Shown one piece after another: positions 1-13,913 of a stretch of 64,000 nucleotides of DNA. The translations under genes and the position numbers were made by a program. Source of the stretch: Octopus vulgaris (taxonomy: Eukaryota). Every line of letters begins with the position of its first letter. Position 1 is the first letter of the stretch. Under the pieces are notes generated by a model that was given only the letters and a program-made list of their open reading frames with translations, made no database searches and had not been told where the DNA came from. The stretch covers positions 47,678,001-47,742,000 of the forward strand of contig OX597825.1 in the NCBI GenBank assembly GCA_951406725.2, given 5' to 3'.

Positions 1-1569
1 AATGATGTTACACAAAATGTTCTTTTTTATTTCGTTTTCCGCTCGCAACGCGGCAATCACGGTATCTTCGAATAGTTCTGTATTATTTAAAAAATATTTT
101 TGCTTTACAGGTTTTACCACGAAATGTAATGTCGCATATAAGTTAGCCTAAGAAGTGTAATCTTTCACTTGTGACACCTCGCGCACTTTTCAATGTTTTC
201 TTTAATGTAGGTTTCCCAATTTTCTTCCATGTGTCGGTATCAATAATTGTAATGTCACTACCTATATGATAGTTTCATGTTCGCGTCGTTTATTTTTACA
301 TACACGTACTTTCCTTCTGGGCGTCGTCACGACTTTCCGTTGAGCAAATCTCTCTAGAAGAATTTTTTCGACCTCTTTTGCTTTGCTATGTAGTGCGAAG
401 TTTTATGTCCAATTTTTTGACAAACATTGTCGAGTTTTAAACGGACAGTCTTTCTTAAAATGCAGACCTCCACACTCATAACATTGATTTGGTCGTAACA
501 TTCTTTTTTGTTATTCATTACTGGTTGACATGTCTGTACTTAAAAGAAATTTTTTCTTCAATCTTTCTTCGCGCCCTGTGGGAGGTTGATAGTTCTTTGA
601 CAATTCTCTGTTACTGCCTGCAGGGTTAAATTTAGGCCCTCCTGTTTTAGTTTTGTAAGAATCTGTACACGTATTTCTCGCACAAAGATAAGGCAATTAG
701 ACATGTCCGGAGATAATTCCTTAAGTTTAAATTTTTCGCACATTTTATTTACGATTCCAGCATAACAGACAAAACCTTCGTCTTCTTATTTTACTGAGTT
801 CAAACACTCCCAGCGCGTGAACTCCTATCGCTGAACATTTTGAATATTAATTCAATTGTTTCCTCGAAACAAATTTCACTTGCTTTTTTTTAGGCAAGAT
901 AAAATTGCAGTATTTTTCATGTTCTGAAGTTTCCGTAACAGTAGTCTCACTTTTTCATCGTCTGTCCAACACTTCCATTCTTCCTTGAAGATTTCTTCGT
1001 ATCTTCAGAAGTACGCCGAAAAAGTTATACCCACTTCTGGGTTATGCCTAAATTCAGTTATAGCATTCGCTACGCCGTCTGGTGAAAACGAACTTCCCGA
1101 TTTCAGAATTAGTTCCAGCAACTGATTGTGTTGTAGTAGTTGTTGTTTTTGTAGTTGTTGGTGCATCTCCTGTTGCTACCGTTACTGCTGCTTTTGCAAC
1201 TGTAATATGTCGCCAATTGTTGTAACGTAGATGTCTTCGTCGTCACATTTATATCGTGACGCTGTATGCCACTTTTATAACGCAGACTTATAACAGGATT
1301 GTATACAATACCACGGGTACGAAGTTGACACCAACATTCTCCTCTTGATGTATTCCCAAATACTCTACCAATAACTGTAACCTATCCAAAACAACTCTCA
1401 ACGAACTATAACAACTTCTCAACAATTCACTGCGACCTCACGAATTCGTGAACGATACCTTTCGACTCCCTGCAATTTCTTTTCTCTCGATCTCAGTCAA
1501 ACACGCTGCTACTTATACGAGTTTGGTTAGTCCATTCTCACAGGGGGTGTCATTATTCTCGCCACAACA
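1..1569 (-). mobile_element. Ty3/gypsy LTR retrotransposon, 5' part (LTR + PBS + decayed gag-protease), continues beyond the window start
   Basis: The LTR at 1218-1569 has TGTTGT...ACAACA termini and is followed on the minus strand by a TGGCGAC primer-binding site. Minus-strand gag fragments include a CYECGGLHFKKDC zinc knuckle (~480-440) and an aspartic-protease-like GSDITII motif (~265-245). Frameshifts and stops are present. Confidence 0.85.
1218..1569 (-). repeat. 5' LTR of the gypsy element
   Basis: 6-bp inverted termini tgttgt (1218-1223) and acaaca (1564-1569). PBS TGGCGAC lies immediately downstream on the minus strand (1215-1209). Confidence 0.8.
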
Positions 1570-1715
1570 CTATTGGTGGACTAGCCCCTCCTTGCACTTT
1601 CAGCTTGATCTTATCTGTTAATGTGCCTCTCCTGATCACCATACTCCTTGGTTTCATGTGCTTAAACTTCAGTCTAGCCCATGATGCCATGTGTTTAAGT
1701 GAAGTAATCACTCTT
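1570..1715 (-). pseudogene. non-LTR (R2/R4/NeSL-like) reverse transcriptase fragment abutting the LTR
   Basis: Translation HMASWARLKFKHMKPRSMVIRRG resembles the W.rmkf.p.KsRsl.i.kG segment of REL-type RTs. Confidence 0.5.
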
Positions 1716-2789
1716 TCTTTTCTGCCTCCACACACACACACACACACATACACACGCACACACACGCACACGGACACATGCGCACATGCACACACAAAGA
1801 CACACACACACACATTTTAATAGTAGGAATATTTCTTAGTACCACTTCTCATGAATACTCGGCTAAAGTAATCTAACAATATACTACATTAATCAACTAA
1901 TAACTGTTTCGTAATGAAGTAATAGATATTAAGCGCATGGCAAACCTAAGTTTTGTATAATAACGTCTAGTATATGTATCGCAGAGTAAGGAATGAAGAC
2001 ATGTAGATGGTTATTTATTGTTACATATACAGGGATTGCATAAGGTTGCATACTAATAAAATAAAATAGTCATATCATTTCTCAAAATCATGTTGTCCAT
2101 CGTATTGAAATATCCATTTCATTTCGTCAGACGTCGAGTTGATAATCAGATTAGTTGTAAGCTTACTTGATTGGGATATGTCCTAAAATATGACTTAAAA
2201 GGCAATGTCAGATGGTGCTATGAGACATGAGTCAATAAGCAATTGATGGTGTACCAGATAGTGACCTGCGATCAAGGGTTCTGCGGGTCGATCTTCGAAA
2301 GTTCATGCGGACAAAATTAGCCCTTACTGCGATATATATTACAGCTAAACCTTGCACTTCCTTTTCACAGTTTCAGTGGGTCCACTCCAATGTCACTCAG
2401 TGATCTTCATGATTTATATATCCATTGGCACCCCTCTTCACTACACGGCACTCACCACCTCTCCTGTCGTAAAGAGATCTGGTTTCGGGCCAAATATGGT
2501 TGCATCTGAATTCGACAGATGCAGGATGTAGGCGACTAAACGACGGTCAGAGTAATGATGGCGGTGGATTCTGTTCCTCCCTTCCGAATGAATTTTCTGA
2601 CGCGTTTTGTGTACTACATACTTAAATTGGTCTTATTTCTCGCTCCACACCCGTTTTATACCTATGTGTATGTGCATCTATGTATGTGTTCACGCATACA
2701 GTAGTTATACATGCATACAAACACACACATATATATATGTGAGTGTACACGTGTGTATGAGGATGATGATGAGGAAGAGGATGATTTCA

Positions 2790-2997
2790 TTTTTTATCGT
2801 AAGGCCAGCAATTTTGGGGGAATGGCCAAGTTGATTATATCGACGTCAGTGCTCATCTGGTACTTATTTCATCAACCTCGAAAGGATGAAAGGCAAATTC
2901 GATCTCGCCGGAATTTGAATTCAGAATGTAAAGACGGACGAAATGCCACTAAGCATTGTATCTGGCGTCCTAACAATTATGCTCACCTGCTACTTTA
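2790..2997 (-). mobile_element. tRNA-derived SINE with Meta-like central domain, degenerate copy
   Basis: Matches the family consensus gaaaggatgaaaggcaaagtcgacctcggcggaatttgaactcagaacgtaa seen many times in this window. Confidence 0.75.
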
Positions 2998-3009
2998 ATA
3001 TTAATGAAA

Positions 3010-3516
3010 AGTAGCTCTCATGGCATCTGATCTTAACTAATTGGACGTGTTATCAAGAATATGAGATATACTATCTTGGAGTAAAAGATGGGTTACAGCA
3101 AATATTCTGCTTAATGCCTTGAATTTGCTTGTCAACAACTGGTTGACGATATATGAATCCCTGATCACGAGCAGAAATAGCGGGGGAACATCACAGCCAT
3201 GCTTGAAAGGAATTATTTGGTGTTTAAATAATTCGCCTCTGAAAACATGGGTGTTTCGTTCATCATACTTATACAACCCTTATTCAGGGAACATTTGAGC
3301 GGGAGGGGTTCCTCGACCTAAAGAAAATTCTACCTGTGCTCTACCTGCAAGGTCATGCACTGTTCATGTTGATATGAAATCACCATTTCGCGCACATATC
3401 GTTGTGATGTGTGTGCCTGCTGTATCTTTATCAGACGAGTAGCCATGATGGGTATATTGAGGTTCGTACATTTGTGCCCGAGAACCACTTTGATAGCAGG
3501 CAGTGTTCTCTCACTC

Positions 3517-3517
<1 letters not shown>
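3010..3517. mobile_element. ~520-bp non-coding interspersed repeat adjoining (AAT)n; second copy at 51553-52108
   Basis: Colinear similarity with 51553-52108 (gctctcat..cttctgatcttaact..caacccttattcaggga..ctctcactcaataat). Both copies end in (AAT)n. Confidence 0.8.
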
Positions 3518-3580
<63 letters not shown>

Positions 3581-3949
3581 GTAGTAATAATAATAATAAT
3601 AATAATGATAATAATAATAATAATAATAATAATATTAATAATAATCATAATAATAATAATGATGATGATGATGGTACTTTCATATAGCAAATAAATCATG
3701 TTATAAAAGATTATGACGTGTGAGAAAAACAGATATATAAAAGTATGTCCTGCAAGACTGTGCTATAACATTACATAATATTATATATATGTATGTATGC
3801 ACACATACGACTCCCACCCAACTATGTATATAATATACATACAAATAAACTTAAATGGGTGTTGAGTATTATTTTCTGCAGCTCTGCTGAGTCAAAAACA
3901 GATTAAAATTAGACGTATGATATCTAGAATGTCGTCAGTGCTCTGTCTT

Positions 3950-5030
3950 CTACTATTCGGGCATAAGTTGTCCACTTTTAAAAATTTTCGGCTACACAGA
4001 CCACGAATCTATTCCACACGGTCAGGTTAGATAGGCTTCGTAGGCAAGGACCCGGTTACTAAAAGCTGAACGTGACACTCCTGGCGACCAAGCATACAGA
4101 GAACGCATTGGCAAATTAGTTAAGTAGGTGTTGATCGAATAAATCGTCAATAACAGATGGTGGTTTTCCCTGAAAAGCGCAAGCAGATTAGAATCAATTG
4201 GATTTAGTTAGTCATTAATTATACAAGGGAATAGATAGTGGGAAAACTTTGAATCTTAGAAGATGCGCTTAAGAAAGGCATCGCAGCCGACGAGCTTGTT
4301 GCGACATTGACTGTGGACCAAATCTTCAATGCTTAGCATAGAAGATGCATTATCAGAGTTAAGGCGCGTGCTCTAAGAAATGAGGGAACGAAATCCGCTC
4401 GATGAGCCTGAGTGACAGAGGCGCAATTTGGCAACAATGCCACAATTCTGCCCTTGATGAATCAAAATGGGCACACCGTTTTCGAAGCCGAGCAGATGTG
4501 AGCGGCATTTCAACAGCATATCGTCCAACAGTTGACATAAGGACATGCACTGACGCTACGGCATCTCCAGCGTTTCTTTGACGGTGAGCAGGTATCGTCG
4601 CCGTTTGTCAGACAGGACTTTTCACAGCCCGTCTCTGAAGCTGCAGTCTTCAGCTCTGGATCGAGCGTAGACCGAAGCAGTGCACTTGGCACTTGGAGTA
4701 CTACCAGGTACTTACAGGCCTCTGTCAGTCGGAAAATACAGTCAGTTTAGCGGGGGCAGGTGCGACGACGTTCTCGCGGAGACTCTGGGTGTGGACAAGA
4801 ATCAACTGGCTGACCTATTCCGGAGGACTTTCGGGGCAGGGCCATAGATAATTTCCAGAAATCCTTGGTGTGCGCAGAGAGACGAAGCTGTTCAGTTCGC
4901 CATCGTCCAGTGCCCGAGTATTGCTGGCTTGTGGGTTTATGTCGAACATCAGCTGTCACATGTAGGACGGATCCTGCTGTCGGCTGAGTCATTTGTGAAT
5001 ATCGTCCCACCACCTTCCTTTCGCCGAAAA
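3950..5030 (-). pseudogene. highly decayed non-LTR retrotransposon (REL-type RT C-terminal region)
   Basis: GC-richer block. Minus-strand EACKYLVV (YKYLG-like) near 4720 and NLTVWNR near 4020. Confidence 0.35.
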
Positions 5031-5049
5031 GGGAGGGCAGTGTTTCTTT

Positions 5050-5575
5050 ACCTGATATCCTAAACGAAAGAGGTTACGTAATGGAGCAGATTGAAAGGGC
5101 TCAAGACAGATACTTTTCTCTTTGGCCAAGCCCGCATCATTTTTTTCAAGTTTCATTTCAAAAGGAAAGTGAGGGAAGTGCTACTTTCCAGCAATTTTGT
5201 TAAAAGATGGGTGAATGTTGCAAGAATTGTTCGAGTGAACGAGTTTACTCTAAACATGTACCCGTATGTTGAAGGAGACCGATGTGGAGAGGACACTTAA
5301 CCCGAGGAAAAGATGGGTACCTATCTGAAGTACCTTTTGCGATCAGGGTAGCCAGGATTTGTGAGGTTCCTTGTTTGCCGCAGGGTGGAATTTCTTCACT
5401 TTTGGGGAATATTATTTTTCAATATTCTATCATTAATTCTTATTGTCTTTTATTGTTTATACACTCTACATGTTATCTCACCACTGTCCTTGATGTTGAA
5501 TCGTCTTTTTTTGCGTGTGTGGATCTTTTGGCCGCTAAAGAAAGAATTATTTTTCAGTAGTCTTATTTTTAAAAA
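5050..5575 (+). mobile_element. Tx1/L1-clade LINE 3' end (ORF2 C-terminus + 3' UTR)
   Basis: Translation WSRLKGLKTDTFL...FFKFHFKRKV...FVKRWVNVARIVRVN, typical of the Tx1 ORF2 tail, followed by a T-rich UTR. Confidence 0.6.
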
Positions 5576-5599
5576 AGTACTTTTACTGCACTACCGAGC

Positions 5600-6837
5600 T
5601 TAGCTCTGTGTGTCTTGGGTGTGTACTGTGGTTTGTTTTGGTGGTGGTATTTTCACTGTATTGAAAGTACTTTACGTAGGGTGTGCGCGGTGCCTAGAAG
5701 TGCGATTTTCTGTATGTTATATATATATTCGTAAGTCCTGTATCTTTTGGTTATGTATTTATCTGTATGCTTTTAATTATACCTAATACACCTATTATTG
5801 GGACTGTTTCTGTTTTTAGGCTTCACATTCGGGTTATCTCTATTTCCAGATTTTTGTATTTTGAGAGTTTTTTCGTTTCCTTTGGAGATACATTGTCATC
5901 TGTTGGGGTTGATACGTCAGTTAGAAGACATTTCTTTTTCTTGGTGATCTCTGACAACTATATCCGGTTTATTATTCTTGATCGTTCTGGTATATTTCAG
6001 AGTATGGTATATCTCAGAGTATGTTTGCTTTGTCCTTTACTGAAACCTTTTCTGGGATATGCCTATACCATTTCTTTTCTGTTATCATTTCATTGTGTTG
6101 GCATAGCTTCCAGTGCATATATGTCTTAATTTTATCATCTCTGAGGATATATTCTTTCTTAGGCAAGACTGGATAGCCAGAGGCAATATGATTTGTTGTT
6201 TCTTCGCCATCACCACATATTCTACAGTTACTTGTATTTTTCTTCATTATGCGTTTCTCGTGGTTTCTGCTGGGGAGACATTGATATTGTGCTGCAATCA
6301 AAATTCCTTCAGACTCTGCTTTGAGTCCTGAGTTTCTCAACCGTTGGGATTTTACTCTATTTCTGTTCTGTTTAGCTTATACCTGTATTTGCCAGGTAAA
6401 GACATTTCAGTTGCTTTACAATAGTTGTTGTTCTTTTTCTTCATAGTTGTATGGTGCTATGTTCTCTTGTATTTTTCATTTTCTTTAAAGGCAGAAAACG
6501 TTTTTTGTTTTGCTCATGTTTTATGGCTATCTGTACAAGTTTTCGTTGATTCTAAGTTAGATATTTCTGTAATCCTATGGTGTTTATTTTATAGTAGTTT
6601 TCTAATTCTATAAGGTTTCTCCCCCCTTCAATTCGTTGTAGATATTCTATGTCAGAATTTGGTTGGTGAATCCTAAATTCCGTCATTATTTTTCTTGTTT
6701 TCTTGTCTAGTTTGCTTAGTTCATTTAGTGTCCAATTAAAAATATTGTAACTGTAACTGGAAGAACTAGAATATTGATACCTATTATCTTGTTTTCCCTA
6801 TTGAGCTCCGTTTTAAGTATCTATCTTACTCGTCTAG

Positions 6838-6838
<1 letters not shown>
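5600..6838 (-). mobile_element. R4/Dong-clade non-LTR retrotransposon, 5'-truncated, next to a (TAA)n microsatellite
   Basis: ESEGILIAAQ..CRICGDGEETTNHIASG (CCHC-like), a REL nuclease region (LIDVSTP..KETKKLSKYKNLEIEI) and C-terminal LLGTAHTLRKVLSIQ*. Confidence 0.85.
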
Positions 6839-6873
<35 letters not shown>

Positions 6874-6939
6874 GTTGTTGTTGTTGTTGTTGTTTTTGTT
6901 GTTGTTGTTGTTATTATTATTATTGTTATTATTATTATC

Positions 6940-7690
6940 ATCTTCTGAGTTATCTATGTCTCGTCGCAGCTTAGAGACGCAACACTTTTCTAAACACATG
7001 TGCTGTCCCAAATATTGCTGCCAAATGAGTACTTCCTGTGAAGTGTGGTATTTGCAGCATTTCATGCCAGAATATTGCTTTCTCACTCAGTGGAACCAGC
7101 AGGATTCTTTCATCATTATTCCTCAGATAAGCATGTAAGACTTCATCTCCTTCATAACAATGTCCTCTATTCTAGCCAGTTCTCTTCCACTTTCTTCGCT
7201 AGATAAAGTATAGTCTTGAGACGTTACTTCTTTTATGAAGGCACTCATGCATAGCCATTAACTTCCTAGTTTTTCTGTCTATGTTGCCTTGTTCTTCCTT
7301 TGTCCATTCCACCAACTTCTGCGAAATAGCGTACCACACCTACAGCCCAAGCGTTGATGCCTCTAATCAGGTTCCTACCATCCAGCTCGCATCTTCATAG
7401 CTTTTCCACTCTTCTAGTATTTTCTGAAGAAATATTTTCCGTCGTCATGGCATTCATCATCTGCAACCTTCTCCGTTCACTTCTCCTATGCGCTCATCAT
7501 CTGGAAGTTGTACTCCACTGCTGTCTACTTTTCACCCTCTTTTCAGTTCAATGACAGCGCATTTGATAATAATAAATGCGCTGCTGCTGTTGTTGCTGTT
7601 CACTGAAGATCCTGCAATTTTCAAAATATTGTTGAAATGTCATGTCATTATTAGAATAGCAAGTTTCAAATTCTTAGAAATCTGGGATGT
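6940..7690 (-). mobile_element. second, internally deleted R4/Dong-like element
   Basis: Minus-strand IDRKTRKL segment (~7290) and terminal AAIFGTAHVFRKVLRL* (~7020-6970), followed by an (AAT/AAC)n tail. Confidence 0.65.
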
Positions 7691-9990
7691 TTTCTAATAT
7701 TCATAACACTTAGATTAACTTTGGTAATCTTCACGTGTGTAAACAATGTTCTACACAATTGTTTATCTTTTCTTTTGACCTTCAAATACCAAACACATTT
7801 TTCTTCTTTCATCATTGAATTCTGAAATTACACTGAATGGTTGTTTCTCGTGTAGCGTCTCAAATGAGGTCCAATCTGAATGTGATCTTTATCTTGGTCT
7901 TCACCATGTCTCTATTGTGTAATTTATACAAAAGTGAAAACATGACGTAATGCTAGACGGTCGGAATTATAATTAAAATAATTTCACTAATTCTTATGTT
8001 TTTTTTTTTGCCTATTTTTCCTCTTTAGATGTGTGTTAATACCTGTAACAAATTCATAATCACTTATGAATATATAAAAGCTTTGTTAGCCTGGGGGATA
8101 GACAAACAGAAAGAGATATATTTAATATAAGGAAACAGACATGCATACAAAGAAACAAACAAACAAAGCAGGCTGGTGTAATTACATGCAAAGAAAACAA
8201 TTGGAACCTGAGAAAACTAGCGATAGTCTGAACCGGCAGAAAAACAGAAAAGGGAGAGACGAGTTCTGGTGTTTCAGGTATGTCTCTAGGAACAAATGAG
8301 AGAATGCATTGAAAGGCTGGCGGCAGAGGAAGTTGAAGAATATCAAAGTTAAAAAATGGGTGGGACGGAAAAACTCTAACAAGAACTTATTTATAAATCG
8401 TATACATACATGAAAGACATATATACATACAGATATAGATATGTAGATAGATAGGTAGATAAGCATAGTATCAATCATTGTGTACACGTGTACAGTTTAT
8501 ATGTAGCTTTGTGCATACATTGATGACTGTGACTTTTTGTATAACATGTCTGTATTCATGTGCGTTGGTTTATATATAATAGTATTTGTCTTTATACATG
8601 TGAGCTATGCGAGCATAAGTAGAAATGCTTCCAAACGTTAGGAGTTGGAGGAATTTTGTATTCTACCTCAAACTCTATTTCAATTGAAGATATCCACCAA
8701 GTTTATACTATGTTAATATAAAGTTCCTTCATCCCCAAAGCCCACCAGTCAATTTCTCTGGCCAAGAAACGATGATATCTGTTGTAATCCAATAGAGGAC
8801 GTAACTCTAAATGTAGATCCTCCTTCTGGAAACACTAGCAATCACTTTGATGTGATATGTATTAGGCTAGCAAATAGTTTTTGGTTAATTTTGTTTTCCA
8901 TTGTTTCGAGTTATATTTTACTTTTACAGGTTTTATTAATTTTTCTTCAGCTTTGGGTGGAAAATATAGTGTAAGAAAACTTGTATGATTGTCCTATCAA
9001 CTACTATTATGGGCTTATAAGAATTTTTTCTTCTTTTCGAACCCCTGCATCTATAAAGGTCTAATAGTACGAAGTTTCCTTTGCCAATCACATTGTTGTT
9101 GATGATGTATAGTCTAGAGATCAATGTCAAAGCATTTTTAGGTTTGAAAGTTTTCTCTCATTGTCGTACATTGATTTCTGCAGCCCTCAACTAATCCCCA
9201 AAATGGGTATTTCCATTTTGAGCCATTGTCAGGATATGAAAATTAATATTTAGATTAGTTTTAAATGCTGTATGTTTACATTTCTAAACTCTCCAACTAG
9301 TGCATTGGTTGAATATATGTAGTTTTATAAAGTTTCAAATTAGTGATAAGAAGTTATTCTGGTTCAAAAATTAAAAAAAACAATACGGAATTTTCAAACT
9401 TTTTTCCCGCTTTTGGCCTCACCCCGTTGCACAGGGAAACAGGCTTTTGAGTAAGTGAATTGATATGTTCTGTTAAGATTTCAGAGCTTATTGTAAGATT
9501 ATTGAAGATAGGATATTCTCCAACTGTTGTTATTAAGTTAACTGTGTAAACTTCAATTTTTGTTTTAAAATAACCCCAAGACGTGGATTTTGCTATTTTT
9601 GATTAGCATTTTTTCTACATTGACCGAATTAATAGAATTTATCTTTAATCTCTATCGGAATTAAGATAGTGGGGATGAAAGAAACATACTTTCCAAAGTA
9701 TGGCAGTGAATCTATTTTGGAATAATGAACCCCTAAAAATGAAAGAAATTCATTATTTCGAAAATTTTAGGAATAACCTGGTTTTAAATAGCCATAAAAT
9801 GTAACTGGTAACTGCTGCAGAGCTGAAGTTTTTAGAAATTACTCCTGTCATGAATACTAACGGTGTAAGTTTGAAGAAAATTTAAAAACGTTCGCGACGG
9901 GCTCTTGTCGAATGTCATGGGATGTCCCATATTACGCCGATAATAAACGCACTGATTTGACTTCACTTTTTTATCGTTATTCAGTTGGTT

Positions 9991-10052
<62 letters not shown>

Positions 10053-10920
10053 GACTGTCAGTCTGTCTGACCGTCCTTCCGTCCGCCTGTCCGTCTGTTT
10101 GTTTGTCTGTCTGTCACGTATGTATGTATGCATGTTCTAAGAAGAAGAAATTACATATATTCTTTGCTCAAAGAATATTAGCTATTGTATTATTAACTTC
10201 TAGACGGTGGTGGACTGGCAGAGTTGTCAGAGCGTTGGTCAAAACTGCTGCGTGATTGTTCAATTAAAATCTGAGTCAAAAAATACCCCCAAGTTGAATA
10301 TTGCCTCTCATTCTTCATGAGTGAATATTTAGTACCAGTTATGTAATAAGGTTAATACATACGATCCATGTTAATGTATTAACATAAGACCGATGTTCAT
10401 TACTTCCTTGTAAATTTTGCTACTTATTTATCCAAATTTAATCGTTCTTTCTGAAATTCATAGCAGAACTATATAACTGAGATATTGCATCTATTCTCTT
10501 CAAAAAGCTTCCAGTACAATATATTTCAGTTGTATAGTATCGACGGCAATATATTGTGAAAATCATGATACAGAGCAGTATTGTAATAGTAACTATAATA
10601 CAGATCAGTTGAATTGTGATAACTACAAAGTAATGTCGTAAGTGTTAGTAATACTTGTATTGTCACTATATACAGTGTCCGTCTCGTTATGAATCAATTC
10701 AGTGAGGTAGGTTTACTCTCTTTGTTCATATTTTCATTGTAAATCTATATGCAAATGTTATATTATATTAGTGTGCGTCAATTACATTCACGGCACGAAC
10801 CAAATAACTTTGAAATATCTCTCAAATATAAATGAAGATATCAAACAAATTATGTTTTTCATGTATTCATTGAAATTTTAGAGAATTAATTTCAGTGCAT
10901 AAAACAAAGAACCAAGGTGC

Positions 10921-10969
<49 letters not shown>

Positions 10970-11995
10970 ACACACACGCGCGCGCGCGCGCACAGAGAAA
11001 CACACCCTCTTTGATTTTTTTGAAATGACTATATTAATGCGTGGGGCAGTTTGCGCACGCGCTGAGTCTGCATTACAATACTGAAATAATGGAATAGAAC
11101 ATACCTTTCCACGACTAGTTTGTTTTGAAACTCTTAAATGTGTGCAAAATATCCACCTGGTGATGTATTTCTGGTGTGAGAATTTAAAATAGGATGTACT
11201 GTAGCAAACCAGCTAACACATTCATCGGAACAAAAACCTTAATCCGAATTGAAGTCATCAGGGATAAATTGTGGGATCTAATCTGGAATGAAATAGAATA
11301 GTTTGTGCGTACCGCTGTATTTGGTACTGCGGTGTTACATAATGTGTGCGTGTGCGCACGCCTGTAAGTGTCTTTGCCGTGTTAATTATATTTGTGTGTC
11401 TACTTGTTATATGTTCTCGTATGTGCATGTTCTACATACGTATCAAAATATATACATATTCATACGCTATAGTTAGTTAAAAGCCATTTCTGGAAATGTG
11501 AAAATATGCCAAGAATTCCAAGAGTCTAGGCTGTAATAAGTGCATATACACATGAGTAGACGTCCAGACGTATGCGTATGTACATAGACATACTTACATA
11601 TAACATACAGAATCAACATGCAAGAATTCGACAGAGATTCGGTGAAACAACGAGATTGTGATCGACAAATGTTTACATCTAGTATTACGTTTTATAAAAT
11701 CTAATATCACACACACACATGAAGTTCGAAATAGTATTTTGCCTTTCCCGCCGCGCATCGACATTTTCTACTTGGATTGGTTGTGACCTAACGGGTCACG
11801 GCAGGTACCCGTTAGTGTTTGTGTGTGTGTGTGCATAGGTAAGGCTATGTAGGTGCTACGGCAGGATCGTAGTTCGATAATAATATAAGTGAGGAGCCTA
11901 ATGCGGGTTTTGTGTGAGCATGTATATGTTAAATAAAATGAGACAACAAAACCAAGGCTGTGTGGAATTATAGGACATTTATAAAGAGAAAGGTG

Positions 11996-12043
11996 ATCTT
12001 ACAGCTGTTTCTGGGATATTACGGATATCGCTTCATCAGAGAC
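11996..12043 (-). ncRNA. type I hammerhead ribozyme motif (intact core)
   Basis: gtct-CTGATGA-agcgatat..atatccca-GAAAC-AGCT-GTA-agat. Palindromic stem III ACAGCTGT, cleavage triplet GUA. Confidence 0.75.
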
Positions 12044-12545
12044 GATATGAAAGAGTTAAGTAGAGGGACATTGTAGAGTTCAATATAAGGAGTTATTTTG
12101 GAAAAGGATAGATATGGAAAGTATAAAGGGAAATAAGAGAATAAAAATAAAAGTAAAAATATATGTAGGATGTTACAGTTGTAGTTCCATTTTCCAAGGA
12201 ATGTGGTGCAGAATAGGTAGAAATGCTTCTTGTCTATGGTATGTACATTCTGATATGAACTCCTATCTCTCCTATGATAAGAATGTGTAAAAATGAATGT
12301 AAGGAATGTGAGAAGTGGGAGGTGGGGTGATATGTTTGATAGGCATGCCATAAACAAGACGCATTTCTACCCATTCTACACAGCAATTTCCTTCGATAAT
12401 GGAACTGCAACTGTAACACCCTACATATATTTTTACTTTTATTTTCATTCACTTATTTTCCTTTATACTTCCTGTATCCATCCTTTTACAAAATAACTCC
12501 TTGTATTGAACTCTAAAATTTCCCTCAAGTTAACTCTCTCATATC

Positions 12546-12593
12546 GTCTCTGATGAAGGGATATCCCTAATATCCCAGAAACAGCTCTAAGAC
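12546..12593 (+). ncRNA. type I hammerhead ribozyme motif (stem III point mutation)
   Basis: gtct-CTGATGA-agggatat..atatccca-GAAAC-AGCT-CTA-agac. Confidence 0.65.
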
Positions 12594-12676
12594 TACCTCT
12601 CTCTTCATAAATGTCCTATAAATTCCACACAGCTTTGGTTTTGTTGTCTCATTTTTTTAACACACACACACATATA

Positions 12677-12990
12677 GTGAAGACGCGTGGCTTAGTGGTT
12701 AGGGTATTCGGCTCACGATCATAAGGTCATGAGTTCAATTCCCGGCGACGTGTTGTGTCCTTGAGCAAGACACTTTATGTCATGTTGCTCCAGTCCGCTC
12801 AGCTGGCAAAAATGATTCAAAAGTGCTAGCCTTGTCACGTTCTGTGTCACACTGAATCTCCCTGGTAACTACGTTAGGGGTACATGTGTCTGTGGAATGC
12901 ACAGCCACTTGCACATTAATTTCACGAGCAGGCTGTTCCGTTGACAGATCAACTGGAACCCTCGTCATCGTAACCGACGGAGTGCCAGTT
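12677..12990 (+). mobile_element. tRNA-derived SINE (CORE-like ccttgagcaagacact segment)
   Basis: A box tggcttagtgg and B box gagttcaattcc. A diverged copy lies at ~34260-34540. Confidence 0.8.
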
Positions 12991-13033
12991 ATTTATATAT
13001 ATATGTATATATATAATATTGTAAGCAAACCTG

Positions 13034-13228
13034 GAGACGGAGGAAAAGCGGCTACGAAAGTCATCTTTATACAATAATAATTATATTACAATGTGTGACG
13101 AAAGAACTTTGGCCGAAATAAGATTAAGATTAATGTAAAAAATAAATATCACTGAAGCAAAATAACACCAAATATATAGTGCGTGTGTTTTTATTGGATA
13201 AACTGGCAATATGACCATTCCGAAATAT

Positions 13229-13265
<37 letters not shown>

Positions 13266-13612
13266 CATATACATACATATACATACATACATACATGTAT
13301 ATATATATATATATACACATACATATGATCATATATATATACATACATATACATACATATATATATATATATAATGATACATTGTAATATAATTATTATT
13401 GTATAAAGATGACTTTCGTAGCCGCTTTTCCTCCGTCTCGATTCTAGCTGGAAGCTAGCTCATCATTGGTGCGGGTTTCCGCCCCGACATCCGAAACTCG
13501 GAGTTTTATTATGACAACCGAATAACTGTCACGTATTATATTACAGATAAATTTCTCTATTTACATAATATCGAGGTCTCTTTGATTCTTTTGTTTTACC
13601 ATTACCATTAAT
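13034..13612. mobile_element. fold-back PLE-pLTR-like element with ~60-bp inverted arms around a (TA)n/(TACA)n core
   Basis: 13034-13094 is inverted at 13379-13439. The right arm continues into GAAAC-TC-G-GA-GTT, a hammerhead 3' half with no canonical CUGANGA. Confidence 0.6.
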
Positions 13613-13842
13613 ACACACACATACACACACACATAAACACATATACATTCATAGAGGTCTGGTGATACAATTAGAAAAATAGAATTGAAAGCATGAGAAT
13701 ATATATATATATATATAGGCACCGGTGTGGTTTTGTGATCTTCCTTATCACATAGTTCAGGTTCAGTGTCATCTTGGGCAAGTTTTCTCTACTATAAACT
13801 TGGACCGGTGGGAAACCGAAAGAGGCCCGTCGTGTGTGTATG

Positions 13843-13909
<67 letters not shown>

Positions 13910-13913
<4 letters not shown>

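Larger units (their letters stand above)
11925..12662. mobile_element. fold-back element: two inverted ~320-bp PLE pseudo-LTR-like arms, each with a hammerhead motif
   Basis: 11925-12245 is the reverse complement (with scattered mismatches) of 12345-12662, with a ~100-bp spacer. Flanked by (TG)/(CA) tracts. Confidence 0.85.

Noticed and set aside
3409-3699. Poly-I/N/L and CV/YI/HT ORFs here and throughout the window (e.g. 32834-33448, 36218-36872)
   Set aside because: They are stop-free reading frames through (AAT)n, (TG)n and (TA)n microsatellites, not genes.
8640-9935. Possible DNA-transposon remnant (terminus gaatgtcatgggatgtcccatat)
   Set aside because: No partner TIR or transposase motif could be identified by eye.
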